From NCBI GenBank assembly GCA_965153285.1, contig OZ229110.1: a stretch of DNA of 64,000 nucleotides; one strand, written 5' to 3'. The notes under the pieces were generated by a model. The model saw nothing but the letters and a program-made list of their open reading frames with translations, searched no databases and had not been told where the DNA came from. Position numbers and translations under genes: made by a program. The DNA comes from Podarcis tiliguerta (Eukaryota). Positions 1-11,385 of the stretch are shown in pieces; positions within the stretch are counted from its first letter, which is position 1, and every line of letters begins with the position of its first letter.

Positions 1-673
1 GTGATCTTCTTGAATTGAGAAGAAAATACTGGCTTGAAACGATTCCATTTCATTTAAAAAATGAAAATGCATTTCTAAAAGGACTGTTTCATGTTGAAAG
101 AAACTGAGTTTGCAGAGTTGCTTCCCAGTTTTCTTCTCTTTTTGGTAGGGTGGAGAAGGCAGATGAGCATTTCTTATCTGCAAATGATATTATGAATTAA
201 AATATCATTTGTTTGAAATCTCTGCTTAGAAGCTCAAAACAATTTATCATTTAAAGAATATATTGCTTATCAAGACTGGACTAGATTCTTCTTTATCTAC
301 AATTTTTGTTGCTGATTCAGATGGTCCCATTGATTATTATTTTTTAATAAAAAAAACCCTCTCTGGATTGTCCTAGCTTGGGAGCAACCCTTATGACTGA
401 TTCTGAATCAGCCATTGGTTCATATCCCTTACAGCTTTTTAATGTTTTTATTTAGATTTTTCAGTGCTGCCTTTCCCTCGCTGCCACCAGTCTCTCCCCC
501 AATTGCCCCAGTTCACACTGTCCTTGCTTTAACAGTTGTTACTGTCCAGCTTGCTGCCATCCATTTCCCATATAGGTTTGCTGCCCCCAACTTGACACCC
601 TTTTCCCTTGGAGGTAGCAAAATGATAGAGCTGGTAAAGACTAAAGCTGAAGTTAGCAGTGGCAAAGAGAGTA

Positions 674-914
674 CAGTCGTATCTTGATTCTCGAACAGAA
701 ACCGTTCTGGAAGTCCATTTGACTTCTGAAACATTCAAAAACCAAGGCGTGGCTTCCGATTGGCTGTAGGAGCTTCCTGCACTCAAGCGGAAGCTGTGTC
801 AGACATTCGGCTTCCGAAAAATGTTCGAAACCCAGAACGCTCGCTTCTGGGTTTTCAGTGTTTGGGAGCAAAAATGTATGAGTACCAAGGCATTTGAGAA
901 CCAAGGTATGTCTG
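674..914. mobile_element. Tc1/mariner (Tigger/pogo-like) MITE, family B
   Basis: TA|cagtcgtatcttg ... caaggtatgtctg|TA. Homologous to 42090-42332 and 55026-55266. Confidence 0.85.
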
Positions 915-1279
915 TACTTGGCTTCTTGATATTTAGTGCACCTACATGACAGGCTATAACCTCCACCCCATCCCAATATGCCAAATTATATGATGATGGG
1001 ATTTAGGGTGGTTTTTGAATAAAGAGTGGTAATAAGGTTCTGCAAATGCCTTTATTCCTCACTTTATATTTCTGAGATTCCTTGAACTGTAGAATCATTT
1101 TGTAACGCTATTGTGAGTTGCTAAGTGTAGTCCCTCTCTTTTCCAGTATCAGTTTTCACTATTGTGTCTTGACTTTGTTTCTAAACATGTTACACTATAT
1201 GGTTTTAAAATACTGCTTTTTTCTCATTGCTCTGAAATGAATTGATTTAAAATGTTGAATTATCTTTTGATTTTTACAG

Positions 1280-1380
1280 GAGAAACAGTGACTGTTGGAG
1301 ATGCATTGTGTGAAATTGAAACAGATAAAGCAGTGGTTACCTTGGAGTCAAGTGATGATGGCATATTGGCTAAAATAATG
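1280..1380 (+). CDS. PDHX: PDHX exon 3, lipoyl domain ([33 protein letters not shown])
   Basis: Acceptor tttttacag|GA, donor ATG|gtaggg, 101 nt. Lipoylation motif ETDKA with Lys codon at 1327-1329. Too short for the ORF track; translated by hand. Confidence 0.96.
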
Positions 1381-1729
1381 GTAGGGAGAACTTTTTTATT
1401 CTATATTACGGACTTTGGTATATGAGCTCAGCAATCAGTAGACTCTTTGCTAAGACTTTCCTTTATTTCAGGGATGTGGAATTGAATCTTACTGGCAGAC
1501 AAGATCTTCCCTTCTCCCCACCACTCCACAGGCCACCTTTAATACATGGGTGGAGCCACTCACTTGTCAATCACTTGATACTGTTACGTTGTCAAGCAAC
1601 AACGTGAAAGGGGCTCACCTTCATGTCTGTTTGCAGGAGGTTTAGTTCATTTGCAAGTGGTTTGTAAAGGCATTGTTTCTTAGGGTCCGTCAGCTGACTG
1701 ACTCTGAGAGACATCAGTGTAAGCAAGCA

Positions 1730-2416
1730 TCAAATGATGCATGTTGGCGCAGAAAAATCTCAATTTCACATATACCTTCATGGGGTCGAAACTGGCAGTG
1801 ACTAACCGGAAACAAGACCTTGGATTGCAGTGGATAGCTTAATGAATATGTCGACCCAGAGAGCAGCAGCTGGGAAATTGACGATTTCCACACTAGTGAT
1901 CGTTAGGAAAGGAATTGAAAATAAAACTGTCAATATTGCAGTGCCATTATACAAATCTGTGGTGCGACCCCATTTGGAATATTGCGTGCAATTCTGTTCG
2001 CTTTCCCTCTAAAAGGATATTGGAAAAGCTTCAGAAAAGAGTCCCTGAAATGATTAAGGGGACTTCTCTATGGTGAAAAGTTTTAGCTGTACACTTTTAT
2101 GCAGCTCATAGTTGAACTGTGGAACTCTGCTTCCACAGGTGGCATTGGTGGCCACCATCTTGGAAAGGATTGGACAAATTAATGGGGGATAAGGCTATCG
2201 GCGACTTCTAGCCATAATGGCTGTTGTCTGCCTCCACTGTTGGAGGCAGTATGCTTCTGAATACCAGCTGCTGGGAACCACAGGGGGGGAAGAGTGCTTT
2301 TGTGCTTTGATCCTACTTGTTGGTTTCCCAAAAGCATCTGTGTGACCATTGCAAGAACAGTATGCTGAGTTAATGGGCTGTTTGCCTGATCCATCAGGCT
2401 CTTTTTATGCTCTTAT
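1730..2416 (+). mobile_element. Degenerate CR1 LINE 3' fragment
   Basis: PLYKSVVRPHLEYCVQF motif in ORF 1830..2012. 3' end ggctctttttatgctctta. Paralogue at 55605-56382. Confidence 0.88.
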
Positions 2417-2460
2417 TGTTGAAATGGGTTTACAAATCAATTGAACCCACAGTATGTATA

Positions 2461-2697
2461 CAGTGGTATCTCGGGTTACAAACTTAATTCGTTCTGGAGG
2501 TCCGTTCTTAACCCAAAACTGTTCTTAACCTGAGGCACACTTTCGCTAATGGGGCCTCCTTCTGCTACCACGCCGCCATGATTTCTGTTCTCATCCTGGG
2601 GCAAAGTTCACAACCCGGAGCACCTACTTCTGGGTTAGCAGAGTTTGTAACCTGAAGGGTTTGTAACCCAAAGCATTTGTAACCCGAGGTACCACTG
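2461..2697 (-). mobile_element. Tc1/mariner MITE, family A (cagtggtacc TIR, TA target-site duplication)
   Basis: Reverse complement of the 11160-11385 copy; TA on both sides. Strand is relative to that copy. Confidence 0.9.
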
Positions 2698-2714
2698 TAC
2701 TCATACGCATGTAC

Positions 2715-3088
2715 GTAAAGGTAAAGGTACCCCTGCCCATACGGGCCAGTCGTGTCCGACTCTAGGGTTGCGCGCTCATCTCGCTTAAAAGGCCGGGAGC
2801 CGGCGCCGTCTGGAGACACTTCCGGGTCACGTGGCCAGCGTGACGAAGCTGCAGCTGGCGAGCCAGCACCAACGCCGCACACGGAAATGCCGTTTACCTT
2901 CCCGCTATAAAGCGGTACCTATTTATCTACTTGCACTTAGGGGTGCTTTCGAACTGCTAGGTGGGCAGGAGCTGGGACCTAAGTGCCTAAGACGGGAGCT
3001 CACCCCACCACGGGGATTCGAACCGCCGACCTTACGATAAGCAAGTCCTAGGCACTGAGGTTTTACCCACAGCGCCACCCGCATCCCT
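2715..3088 (-). mobile_element. Sauria SINE, full length (subfamily with ggggtacctttacc tail)
   Basis: tRNA-like head with box B (ggttcgaatcc) on the - strand and (acctt)n tail. TSD acgcatgtac at 2705-2714 and 3090-3099. Confidence 0.93.
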
Positions 3089-4649
3089 AACGCATGTACA
3101 TAAAATACGCTTATTAGGATAACTTATTTGTATCCAAATGTGCTTGTTAGGCCTTTTGGCATCAGAATGTGATTGATTTGCTAGTCCACCGAGCATCTGT
3201 TTTTTAAATGCTTTTGTAATGCTTTTTGACGGAAGAATTTTATTTTAACATAACTGCTCTGTGTCTGGTAGTAATACTTTTTTCACACCACATCATTGCA
3301 GCTGGTAATGAGGAGGAGACCTTTTATATTGTCAGTATGATGGGTTGTTATAATACGGTACAGATTGAACGAGTTGAGAAATGTGTTCATTGAAATAAAG
3401 GGCATTTCTTGTTTTTCTGTTCTTCTTTCCCCCTATTGGTAAATACATTGGGGGAGAAAAAGGGGTGTAGCAGAGTAGAGAACAGTCTTAACCAAGCAAA
3501 GTCATATGCAGAAGCCCTTCTGTCAGCATATCTTACACTGAGGCTGCATTTAAAACACTATTATAAAGTCTACTAATGTTGCACATTAAAATCCCATTAA
3601 GGCAGTGTTATGATGTGCAGTCCCTTGTGTAAATTCATATCACATCACTGGTCCTGATACTGAACTTGTAGTGAGCTGAAATAGTTTGCTTAAGCGTGTT
3701 TTGCAAATGAGTTTCAAAGATAGCCCAATGTGTGAAAAGGATATGAAATAGCAGCCAGGCTAGTTAAGGAGGAAACCAAGCAAGAAAATGCCTGCTTGAA
3801 GCATGACGTAAGATTCTCTTTTTAGTTGCTTCTTATGCAAACAGTACAGTGTTTGTTTGTGATAACCAAGTATGTGGACTTCTGTTCACAAAAAAATCCC
3901 CTGTGCACCCCCTATCACCTGGTTAGAAAGCAAATCCTATTAAATGGGAAAGTATGGAACATCCTGGCATCTGTTCCCTCCCCTTTTACATTTCCTCCTC
4001 TTCTTTTTGTGATTTAATTAATACAGCTTATAATTACAGTCATTCTGAACACTAAGAATTCTGAGCATTCACTCATGTGAATCTCCATCATCATTTTGAA
4101 ATGGTATTGCCCAAACACAGGTTTGTCACCTTATCTGTTTCTGGGGACAATGTCAGTAAGCATGTTTACTATTTGCTGAGCATATTTACCTCAGTACAGC
4201 ATGTTTCTGATCTTGCAATCCTACTGGGAACAAGTCTCACTGTAATCAGTAGGAGATTTGAGATATGTTTGATTGGATACATATGCTTAGAATTGCAGTG
4301 TGAAAGAGTTTGCTTTGTGTCTATGCTACAGCTTCTGCATCTAACTTCAGGAGCATGGCATAGTTATACTGACTACAATATGAGACTATGTTGCAGGTTG
4401 GCTGCTAAAAAAGACTCTGGTTCTTTCATGGGCTTGTATTTAACTTTCAGCGTTAAACCTTCTGCTATATATCCTGCAGGACTAGGCAGTCCTAGCCCCT
4501 TAGAAGAAGCGGTTGGGCTGGTGAAGCTCCTGAGTGGGTGCAGGGGAGCATATTTCTCTTTCCCAACTATAAAACATTTACATTAGGTACAGGTGTGTGC
4601 ATGTAGACATCAACCTGATTTCTCTACCACCACCCCCATCCATTTTCAG

Positions 4650-4840
4650 AAGGAAGAAGGAAGCAGAAATGTGCGTTTGGGTCAACTAATCGCCTTGCTA
4701 GTGGACGAAGGACAAGACTGGAAGCAAGTTGAAATACCAACTGAAACGAGCATTGCTGTGCCAGCAGCAGCAGCAGCCCCACCTCCCACTCCTTCAGTAA
4801 CATTGGCCCATAAAGTGGAACACCTTCCTGGAAAGCTACA
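4650..4840 (+). CDS. PDHX: PDHX exon 4, end of lipoyl domain plus Ala/Pro linker ([18 protein letters not shown]...HLPGKLQ)
   Basis: Acceptor cattttcag|AAG, donor CA|gtgagt, 191 nt. Lies within ORF 4593..4844. Confidence 0.94.
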
Positions 4841-5012
4841 GTGAGTTTCTGCACACTTTTTTAGCCAAGGCTTTCACTTTTTGATCATGCCCCACAGAAA
4901 GTTAGTGTTTGATGACAACCAAATTCAGTGCCCTTAATACTGCTGCAAAGCTATGGCAAAAAGAGTGATTACGCCTGTAGATTTGCATGCTACACAAAAG
5001 AGAAAAATTGTA

Positions 5013-5571
5013 CAGTGGTACCTCTGGTTGTAAGGGACGCGGGTGGCGCTGTGGGTAAAAGCCTCAGCGCCTAGGGCTTGCCGATCGAAAGGTTGGCGGT
5101 TCGAATCCCCGTGGCGGGGTGCGCTCCCGTTGTTCGGTCCCAGCGCCTGCCAACCTAGCAGTTCGAAAGCACTCCCGGGTGCAAGTAGATAAATAGGGAC
5201 CGCTTACTAGCGGGAAGGTAAACGCCGTTTCCGTGTGCGGCTCTGGCTTGCCAGAGCAGCGATGTCACGCTGGCCACGTGACACGGAAGTGTCTCTGGAC
5301 AGCGCTGGCCCCCGGCCTCTTGAGTGAGATGGGCGCACAACCCTAGAGTCTGTCAAGACTGGCACGTACGGGCAGGGGTACCTTTACCTTTATCTCTGGT
5401 TGTGGATGGGATCTGGTCCGGAGGTAAGGTTGGATCCCGAGGTTTCCGCAACCTGAGGACCGCTTCTGCGCATGCACGCATGGCAAAACCCGGTAAAATA
5501 CTTCTGGGTTTGCCGCTTTCGCATCCCGAAGTTTGTGTAACCAGAGGGCTATGTAACCGGAGGTACTACTG
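5013..5571. mobile_element. Tc1/mariner MITE interrupted by a Sauria SINE
   Basis: TA|cagtggtacctctggtt ... aaccggaggtactactg|TA, with the SINE inside. Confidence 0.85.
5034..5392 (+). mobile_element. Sauria SINE, full length
   Basis: gggacgcgggtggcgctgtgg head, box B, cctttaccttta tail. TSD ctctggttgt at 5022-5031 and 5394-5403. Confidence 0.94.
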
Positions 5572-6768
5572 TAGTGCTTTTGGATGAAGACGCAGGAATC
5601 TTTAACCAACAAACCTTGGTTAAAGCATGGAGGTAAGAGACCAATTTTAATACCCCTGTGAACTTTCAGTGATAGCAATGGTATTAGCAGTACTGGCTGT
5701 AGTAAAGTAATATAAAAAGCAAGGGGAACCATGTCGGTCCATACGAATAAAAAAATCTCCGAAAGCCAGAGTTAGGTAATATCTTTATTAGGACCAAACA
5801 TGACATGCTTTCAGAACTCTTCATCAGGCAAGATATTACACAAAGCAGAAGAAATGAGGGAAACTGTGCAGCGGTTGTAGACCTTCCAATACTTGTGTCA
5901 TAACACTGGAAGACTTAACAGACATCCTTCACTTCAGAATGTAATGAGCAATGCTGAAATAAAGCATTGAAATAAGTGATCAATTATACTGTAGTTGAGC
6001 TTGTGACGTTCTCCATGATGGGGAACCCTTTAATGTCAAGGAGGTTGAAAGGATTTACCTTTTTTGTAGGGGTGTATATTGAGTCAGACCATTGGTCCAT
6101 TTAGCCGAGTATTGTCTGGTCTGATTGTCAGTGACGCTCTAGGAAAGAGTGTTCCCCGTGATTATTTTTTCTTCCATTAAACACATTTCAGAATCTCAGT
6201 TATATGGTTGTGATGGGAGATATACCTACCAACTTACTTTTCATGTGTAGAGTGTTTTGGTCATATTTTTTGTTGTTGGTATAATCTTCAATTGTGTATG
6301 TGAAAACAATCAACTTCTAAGCATTCAAAATTATGCATAGCTAGAGCTGTACAACTTGATAGTTTCCTGGCAATAAGAGAAAGAGCCATTAGTCTGGAAA
6401 TAGGGTCCACAGATACATAGCTCATCCAGGTATTGGTGGATTTCTAAAGTTCATTTATATGTATGCAACAGGATGATCAAATGTGCCTCTTTTTAGATGC
6501 TACATTCTTAAATATGTTTTTTAATATTCTGGCTGTCCTGTATATTTTATTTTATTTTATTTTATTTTATTACTTCTACTAACTTCAGGGTTACCACAAG
6601 TCTGCTGATACTGTGTGTTGCCTGTTGTCATTTTGGCTACAAAAGTGAGAGCATACAAAGGCTTGGTTCAGAATTAGAATATAGGATGATGGTGTATAAA
6701 CTCCTTTACCAAAATTGACAGGTTTTTAAATATGTGCCTTTTTAATGCAGTTTTTGCTTTGTCTGTAG

Positions 6769-6867
6769 GTTTCGGTTAAGTCCTGCTGCTCGCAACATTC
6801 TGGAGACACATGGACTTGATGCAAGCGGTTGCACACCTTCAGGTCCTCGAAGCATCTTCACTAAAGA
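6769..6867 (+). CDS. PDHX: PDHX exon 5, E3-binding domain ([33 protein letters not shown])
   Basis: Acceptor gtctgtag|G, donor GA|gtacgg, 99 nt. SPAAR...GPRxIFTKE motif of the peripheral subunit-binding domain. Confidence 0.95.
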
Positions 6868-7251
6868 GTACGGCACCTGTTCACCCCTTTCTTCCTTTAT
6901 TTCTATATTTCTTCCTCAATTATTTTTTGTAGGAAGGATCAATGCTAGGTAGATGTTGAGACTGATTTGATGTCCATTGAAACAGGTATTGGAAGCTATC
7001 TTAGGAAGATTTTCTAATCGTTATTAGATTGTGGCATATTTGAACTTTGAAATATATTGGTATATATGTGTGGTAGAAGAAAGGAAGGATGAAAGAGAAA
7101 AGCAAGACTGCATCAAAACCTCATAAAGGAGGAAGTGAGCAGGCAAGGGCTGGAGTTGCTAGGTCTATCTAGAGTCTTGACAGGAAAAGACTAACATCTA
7201 TCTCAGTTGGCATGAATGGGAAAGGACTTGTGGGTAGTGGAGCTCAATGTA

Positions 7252-7959
7252 CACTAGTGGCCAAAATTGTGGAAACCTTTTGGGGAAAGTGTATTTCTGA
7301 GATTTGTGGTCTAAACTACAGAGCCTAGGGCTTGCTGATCAGAAGGTTGGCTGTTCGAATCCCTGTGACAGAGTGAGCTCCCATTGTTCGGTTCCTGCTT
7401 CTGCCAACCTAGCAGTTTGAAAGCATGTCAAAGTGCAAGTAGATAAATAGGTACCACTCCAGCAGGAAGGTAAACGACGTTTCCGTGCGCTGCTCTGGTT
7501 TCGGTGTTCGGTTGTGCCAGAAGCGGCTTAGTCATGCTGGCCACATGACCTGGAAAAACTGTCTGCGGACAAATGCCGGCTCCCTCGGCCAGTAAAGCAA
7601 GATGAGCGCCGCAACCCCAGAGTCGTTTGCGACTGGACTTAATGGTCAGGGGTCCCTTTACCTTTTTAACACCTGATTGGCTCTCTAAACACTCGTGCAC
7701 ATTGGCTACATTCAAGTGAAGGAAAGCTGCTGCATATCAGCCTAAGCAAGTTGTGCTTCCTTTTCCTGGTTATTTGGCTATAACTTTTGATAGAGTATAG
7801 ATAATTGAACAAACTTTATTGCATTACATTCTTCATTAAATTATCTTCCCATTGATATATAATTTATGACATTACTAAAAAAAAAAAGTGGTGTTATGAG
7901 CCATCAAACCTCAGAAATACACTTTTCTTAAAAGGTTTCACACAATTTTGGCCACTAGT
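7252..7959. mobile_element. Non-autonomous Tc1-like element with ~55-bp TIRs, containing a SINE
   Basis: cactagtggccaaaattgtggaaacctttt...gtgtatttctgag is mirrored by ctcagaaatacac...aaaggtttcacacaattttggccactagt. TA flanks. Confidence 0.85.
7305..7667 (+). mobile_element. Sauria SINE lacking its first ~16 nt (subfamily with taatggtcaggggtccctttacc tail)
   Basis: Body aligns with 39316-39657. Confidence 0.9.
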
Positions 7960-8070
7960 TACTAGTTTATGCATCACACATTCCACAGCCACAAAAGATT
8001 CTGATGTCCCGATTAAGCAGTTTCTGATATTGAAACCTGTGTGATCAGTAGATTAGTAGCAGATGAATTA

Positions 8071-8302
8071 CAAGTGGTACCTCAGGTTAAGAACTTAATT
8101 TGTTCCGGAGGTCCTTTCTTAGCCTGAAACTGTTCTTAACCTGAGGTACTACTTTAACTAATGGGGCCTCCTGCTGCCGCCGCGCGATTTCTGTTCTCAT
8201 CTTGAAGCAAAGTTATTAACCCGAGGTACTATTTCTGGGTTAGTGGAGTCTGTAACCTGAAGCGTCTGTAACCTGAAACATCTGTAACCCAAGGTACCAC
8301 TG
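8071..8302 (-). mobile_element. Tc1/mariner MITE, family A
   Basis: TIRs and TA flanks; inverted relative to 8432-8657. Confidence 0.9.
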
Positions 8303-8431
8303 TATAGTGCTTTGGTTTTGGTTTTGAATTTATTGAGATTTTTCAAGTGGACAGAAATTACATAACTTGGTTGAACAATGGCATTGGAACAGTTTCTCGA
8401 AGGCCTTCTTGTCCAACCCACTGCTGATATA

Positions 8432-8657
8432 CAGTGGTACCTCGGGTTACAAATACTTCGGGTTACAGACTCCGCTAACCCGGAAGTAGTACCTCGGGTT
8501 CAGAACTTTACCTCAGGATGAGAACAGAGGTCGTGCGGCGGTGGCGCGGCGGCAGCAGGAGGCCCCATTAGCTAAAGTGGTACCTCAGGTTAAGAACGGT
8601 TTCAGGTTAAGAATGGACCTCCGGAACAAATTAAGTTTGTAACCAGAGGTATCACTG
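8432..8657 (+). mobile_element. Tc1/mariner MITE, family A
   Basis: TA|cagtggtacctcgggtt ... aaccagaggtatcactg|TA. Confidence 0.9.
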
Positions 8658-9543
8658 TAGGTATCTTTTGCTATAGAATCCCTGATGGGAAGCCAGCTAA
8701 CCTCTGCTTGAAGGCTGCTTTCCCCCTTCCTTAGAAAAAATTGTCTGCCTATACTGTTATAGACCTATACCAAGGCAAGACCTAGATTTAAATGGTTTAG
8801 GAAATTATATATTAAAACAAACAACAATGAGAAGCAGCACAGCTTGTGCTTCGTTCACATTGTGACCTGATTTAGACAGAACAGTGAGCTGTGTGGATGT
8901 TATATCATTTGTAATAGCAGCTCATTATCAGAAAGCTTAGTCATTATGTAAGTGTAACTGTAAATTATGGTATGTAAGTAGTTCGTGGCAGGTGGGAACC
9001 CTCTAGGTCACAAAGATATCTAATTAACTTTTCCTGGTAGCCATGGAGATGTACCACAGATTTTGCTAGAGGAGTAGAGGGAATGTTTTCAGCTAGAGAA
9101 ATGCCTTTAAAACACACACATGCCAACACCTACCTTTATTATTTCTTTTAACAGGATAAATTGTATTGGAATAGCCCATTTAAAAGAGGAGTTTGCTGCT
9201 TAAATCATCACTGTAAAATTACTAAATGGTGGTAAAAAAGAGGGACACATTCACTCGTATATTTTGGGTTTTTTTAAGTAAACACACACCCGTGTATGGA
9301 TTGTTTAATGTTTGAATAAGCAGATTTGAATGAAAGTTGGGAAAATATATGCCGTGCAGCTAAGGCTTGCATCCAAAGTACTGCAAAGTCTCATGTCCCA
9401 TAAGTTCAAGGATTTATGCTTGGGCAATGAAACTTGGCTGGGCATGTGCCTTGCACCCTTCCCAAATCCCAGCAGATGTAGGGAGCACATGAAGGGAGGG
9501 GAGAGGGGAACGTTATATTGCACAAGCATCAATCGTGCTTATC

Positions 9544-9679
9544 CAGGCATAGGCAAACTCGGCCCTCCAGATGTTTTGGGACTACAACTCCCATCATCTC
9601 TAACCACTGGTCCTGTTAGCTAGGGATGATGGGAGTTGTAGTCCCAAAACATCTGGAGGGCCGAGTTTGCCTATGCCTA
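9544..9679. mobile_element. Palindromic ~135-bp hAT-type MITE
   Basis: Near-perfect ~55-bp arms. Imperfect 8-bp TSD tgcttatc/tgctaatg. Paralogues at 15069 and 40640. Confidence 0.88.
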
Positions 9680-9867
9680 TGCTAATGGAACAAGGGCATT
9701 GGATATTGCCCTTAGAACTGAATTACCGAAACACTTCCAGGGTTGCTGCTTTTGCAACCTGAACTTTACGTTACCCAAGGAGTTACTGTACACTGAAATG
9801 CAACTGATGCTATTTCTGTACAGTATCTAAAGACATGGTTCTTTGCTGATTCAGAGTAGATGTTTCT

Positions 9868-10124
9868 CAAGGCTGGCGCTACTAATAGGTATAGTGAGGC
9901 AGCTATCTCGGGCAACACATTTCAGGTGTCATGAAGGGGCAATAAGTTGTTAATTTTTTTATTATTGTATTTTTAATGCCAGGATGGGAGAAAAGGTGTT
10001 CATGACGTTTGCTAGATCAGATGCCAAAATAACCTGGCTGACCCTCGGTTCTTGATTTGCAGACAGGTGGGAAATGTCATTGGCTACTTCACCTCAGGCT
10101 ACAAAATGTATTGGGCTAGCCTTG
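9868..10124. mobile_element. Older hAT-like non-autonomous element
   Basis: caaggctggc...gctagccttg ends. 8-bp flanks atgtttct/atacttct. Confidence 0.55.
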
Positions 10125-10907
10125 ATACTTCTGGTGTGAAACTATCACAGAACAGGAGTTCTCAGACATTTTTTGAATGAAATTATTACTGCTTTGTCTG
10201 GCTGGTCAGGCTTACTAGTTGAAGGCAGCAAGGCAAGTGTCTGTTTGCAGTATAACTTGTTTATTTATTATTCTGTAGATCTCTTGAATGCAAGAAATTT
10301 AAAAGATTGAAATATATATCCAGTGCCATCCAGTTTCAGTATTAAGTGCAATTCATCACACATAATGTGGTGGGTTGTATCATTGTCCTGGAAAGTACTG
10401 CAATGCTTACAAATATATATTCACATTGGCACTTACCATAAACCTTGATTAATCATTGCTGCCATCAAATATTGTTCTCGTTCCTCTTTCAGGTTTCCCT
10501 ATTAGCATGTTGTTACCCAATTAACTTTTATGTTTACTGGACAGTCAAGTGTTTTATGTAGTATACAAAGCTGTGTAATTGCATACGCTGTCTGCAATTA
10601 TTTTCATAATGGTGGTTACTATAAGTATAGCATGTGGGCATAACTGACAAGCAAAAGACTCAAATTCTGTAGATGATACGTTCAGCAATTATTTTTTGCC
10701 TTGGCTGCTCTTTTCAAAACTCAAAGGAATGGCAGTACATATATCCTGTGTATCTGAGCCATTTCCTTGGGAGTGTGTGGGAATTAAGCATACAATTCTT
10801 CTATTGATACCCTGTTCAAAACACCTGAGCAATCAAAGACTTGAACTTTTCCCATATATTCATTCATTTGTGACTTGGAATACCTTGAAGTGTTTTAGCT
10901 GGATTGT

Positions 10908-11038
10908 TACTGTAATTTCCGTGTATAAGACTAGTGTCCCCCCCCCCCTAAAAAATAAATGTCCAAAATTTGGGGACGTCTTATACACGGAGGCCATCTC
11001 CCCCCATTTTCTTAAATTGGAGATGGAAAAATACGGTG
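10908..11038. mobile_element. Short Tc1/mariner-like MITE remnant
   Basis: tactgtaatttcc...gaaaaatacggt ends. Internal inverted repeat ccgtgtataagac/gtcttatacacgg. Confidence 0.6.
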
Positions 11039-11159
11039 TGTCAATAGTTTCCTCTGTTTGATTAGGCAGCATTACTTCATTTAGTAATTTTGGCACTTTT
11101 CATTCTATTTGATTAGCTATCCAATGTTTACATAATTTTAAAAAAACCCAATTCCTATA

Positions 11160-11385
11160 CAGTGGTACCTTGGGTTACATATGCTTCAGGTTACAGACTC
11201 CGCTAACCCAGAAATAGTACCTCGGGTTAAGAACTTTGCTTCAGGATGAGAACAGAAATCGTGCTCTGGCGGCGCGGCAGCAGCAGGAGGCCCCATTAGC
11301 TAAAGTGGTGCTTCAGGTTAAGAACAGTTTCAGGTTAAGAGCAGACCTCCGGAACGAATTAAGTACTTAACCCGAGGTACCACTG
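11160..11385 (+). mobile_element. Tc1/mariner MITE, family A
   Basis: TIRs and TA TSD; near-identical to the 19184 and 24224 copies. Confidence 0.92.

Noticed and set aside
4077-4586. 169-aa sense ORF just upstream of exon 4
   Set aside because: GTG start, L/S/C-rich composition, no motif; stops before the real exon. Intronic noise.
5034-5115. tRNA-like sequence with box A and box B (also in other SINE heads)
   Set aside because: SINE head; no complete cloverleaf or acceptor stem.
9544-9679. Long hairpin as a miRNA precursor (also 15069, 40640, 58539)
   Set aside because: Multi-copy palindromic MITEs, with 8-bp TSDs at 9544, 15069 and 40640; no evidence of processing from sequence alone.
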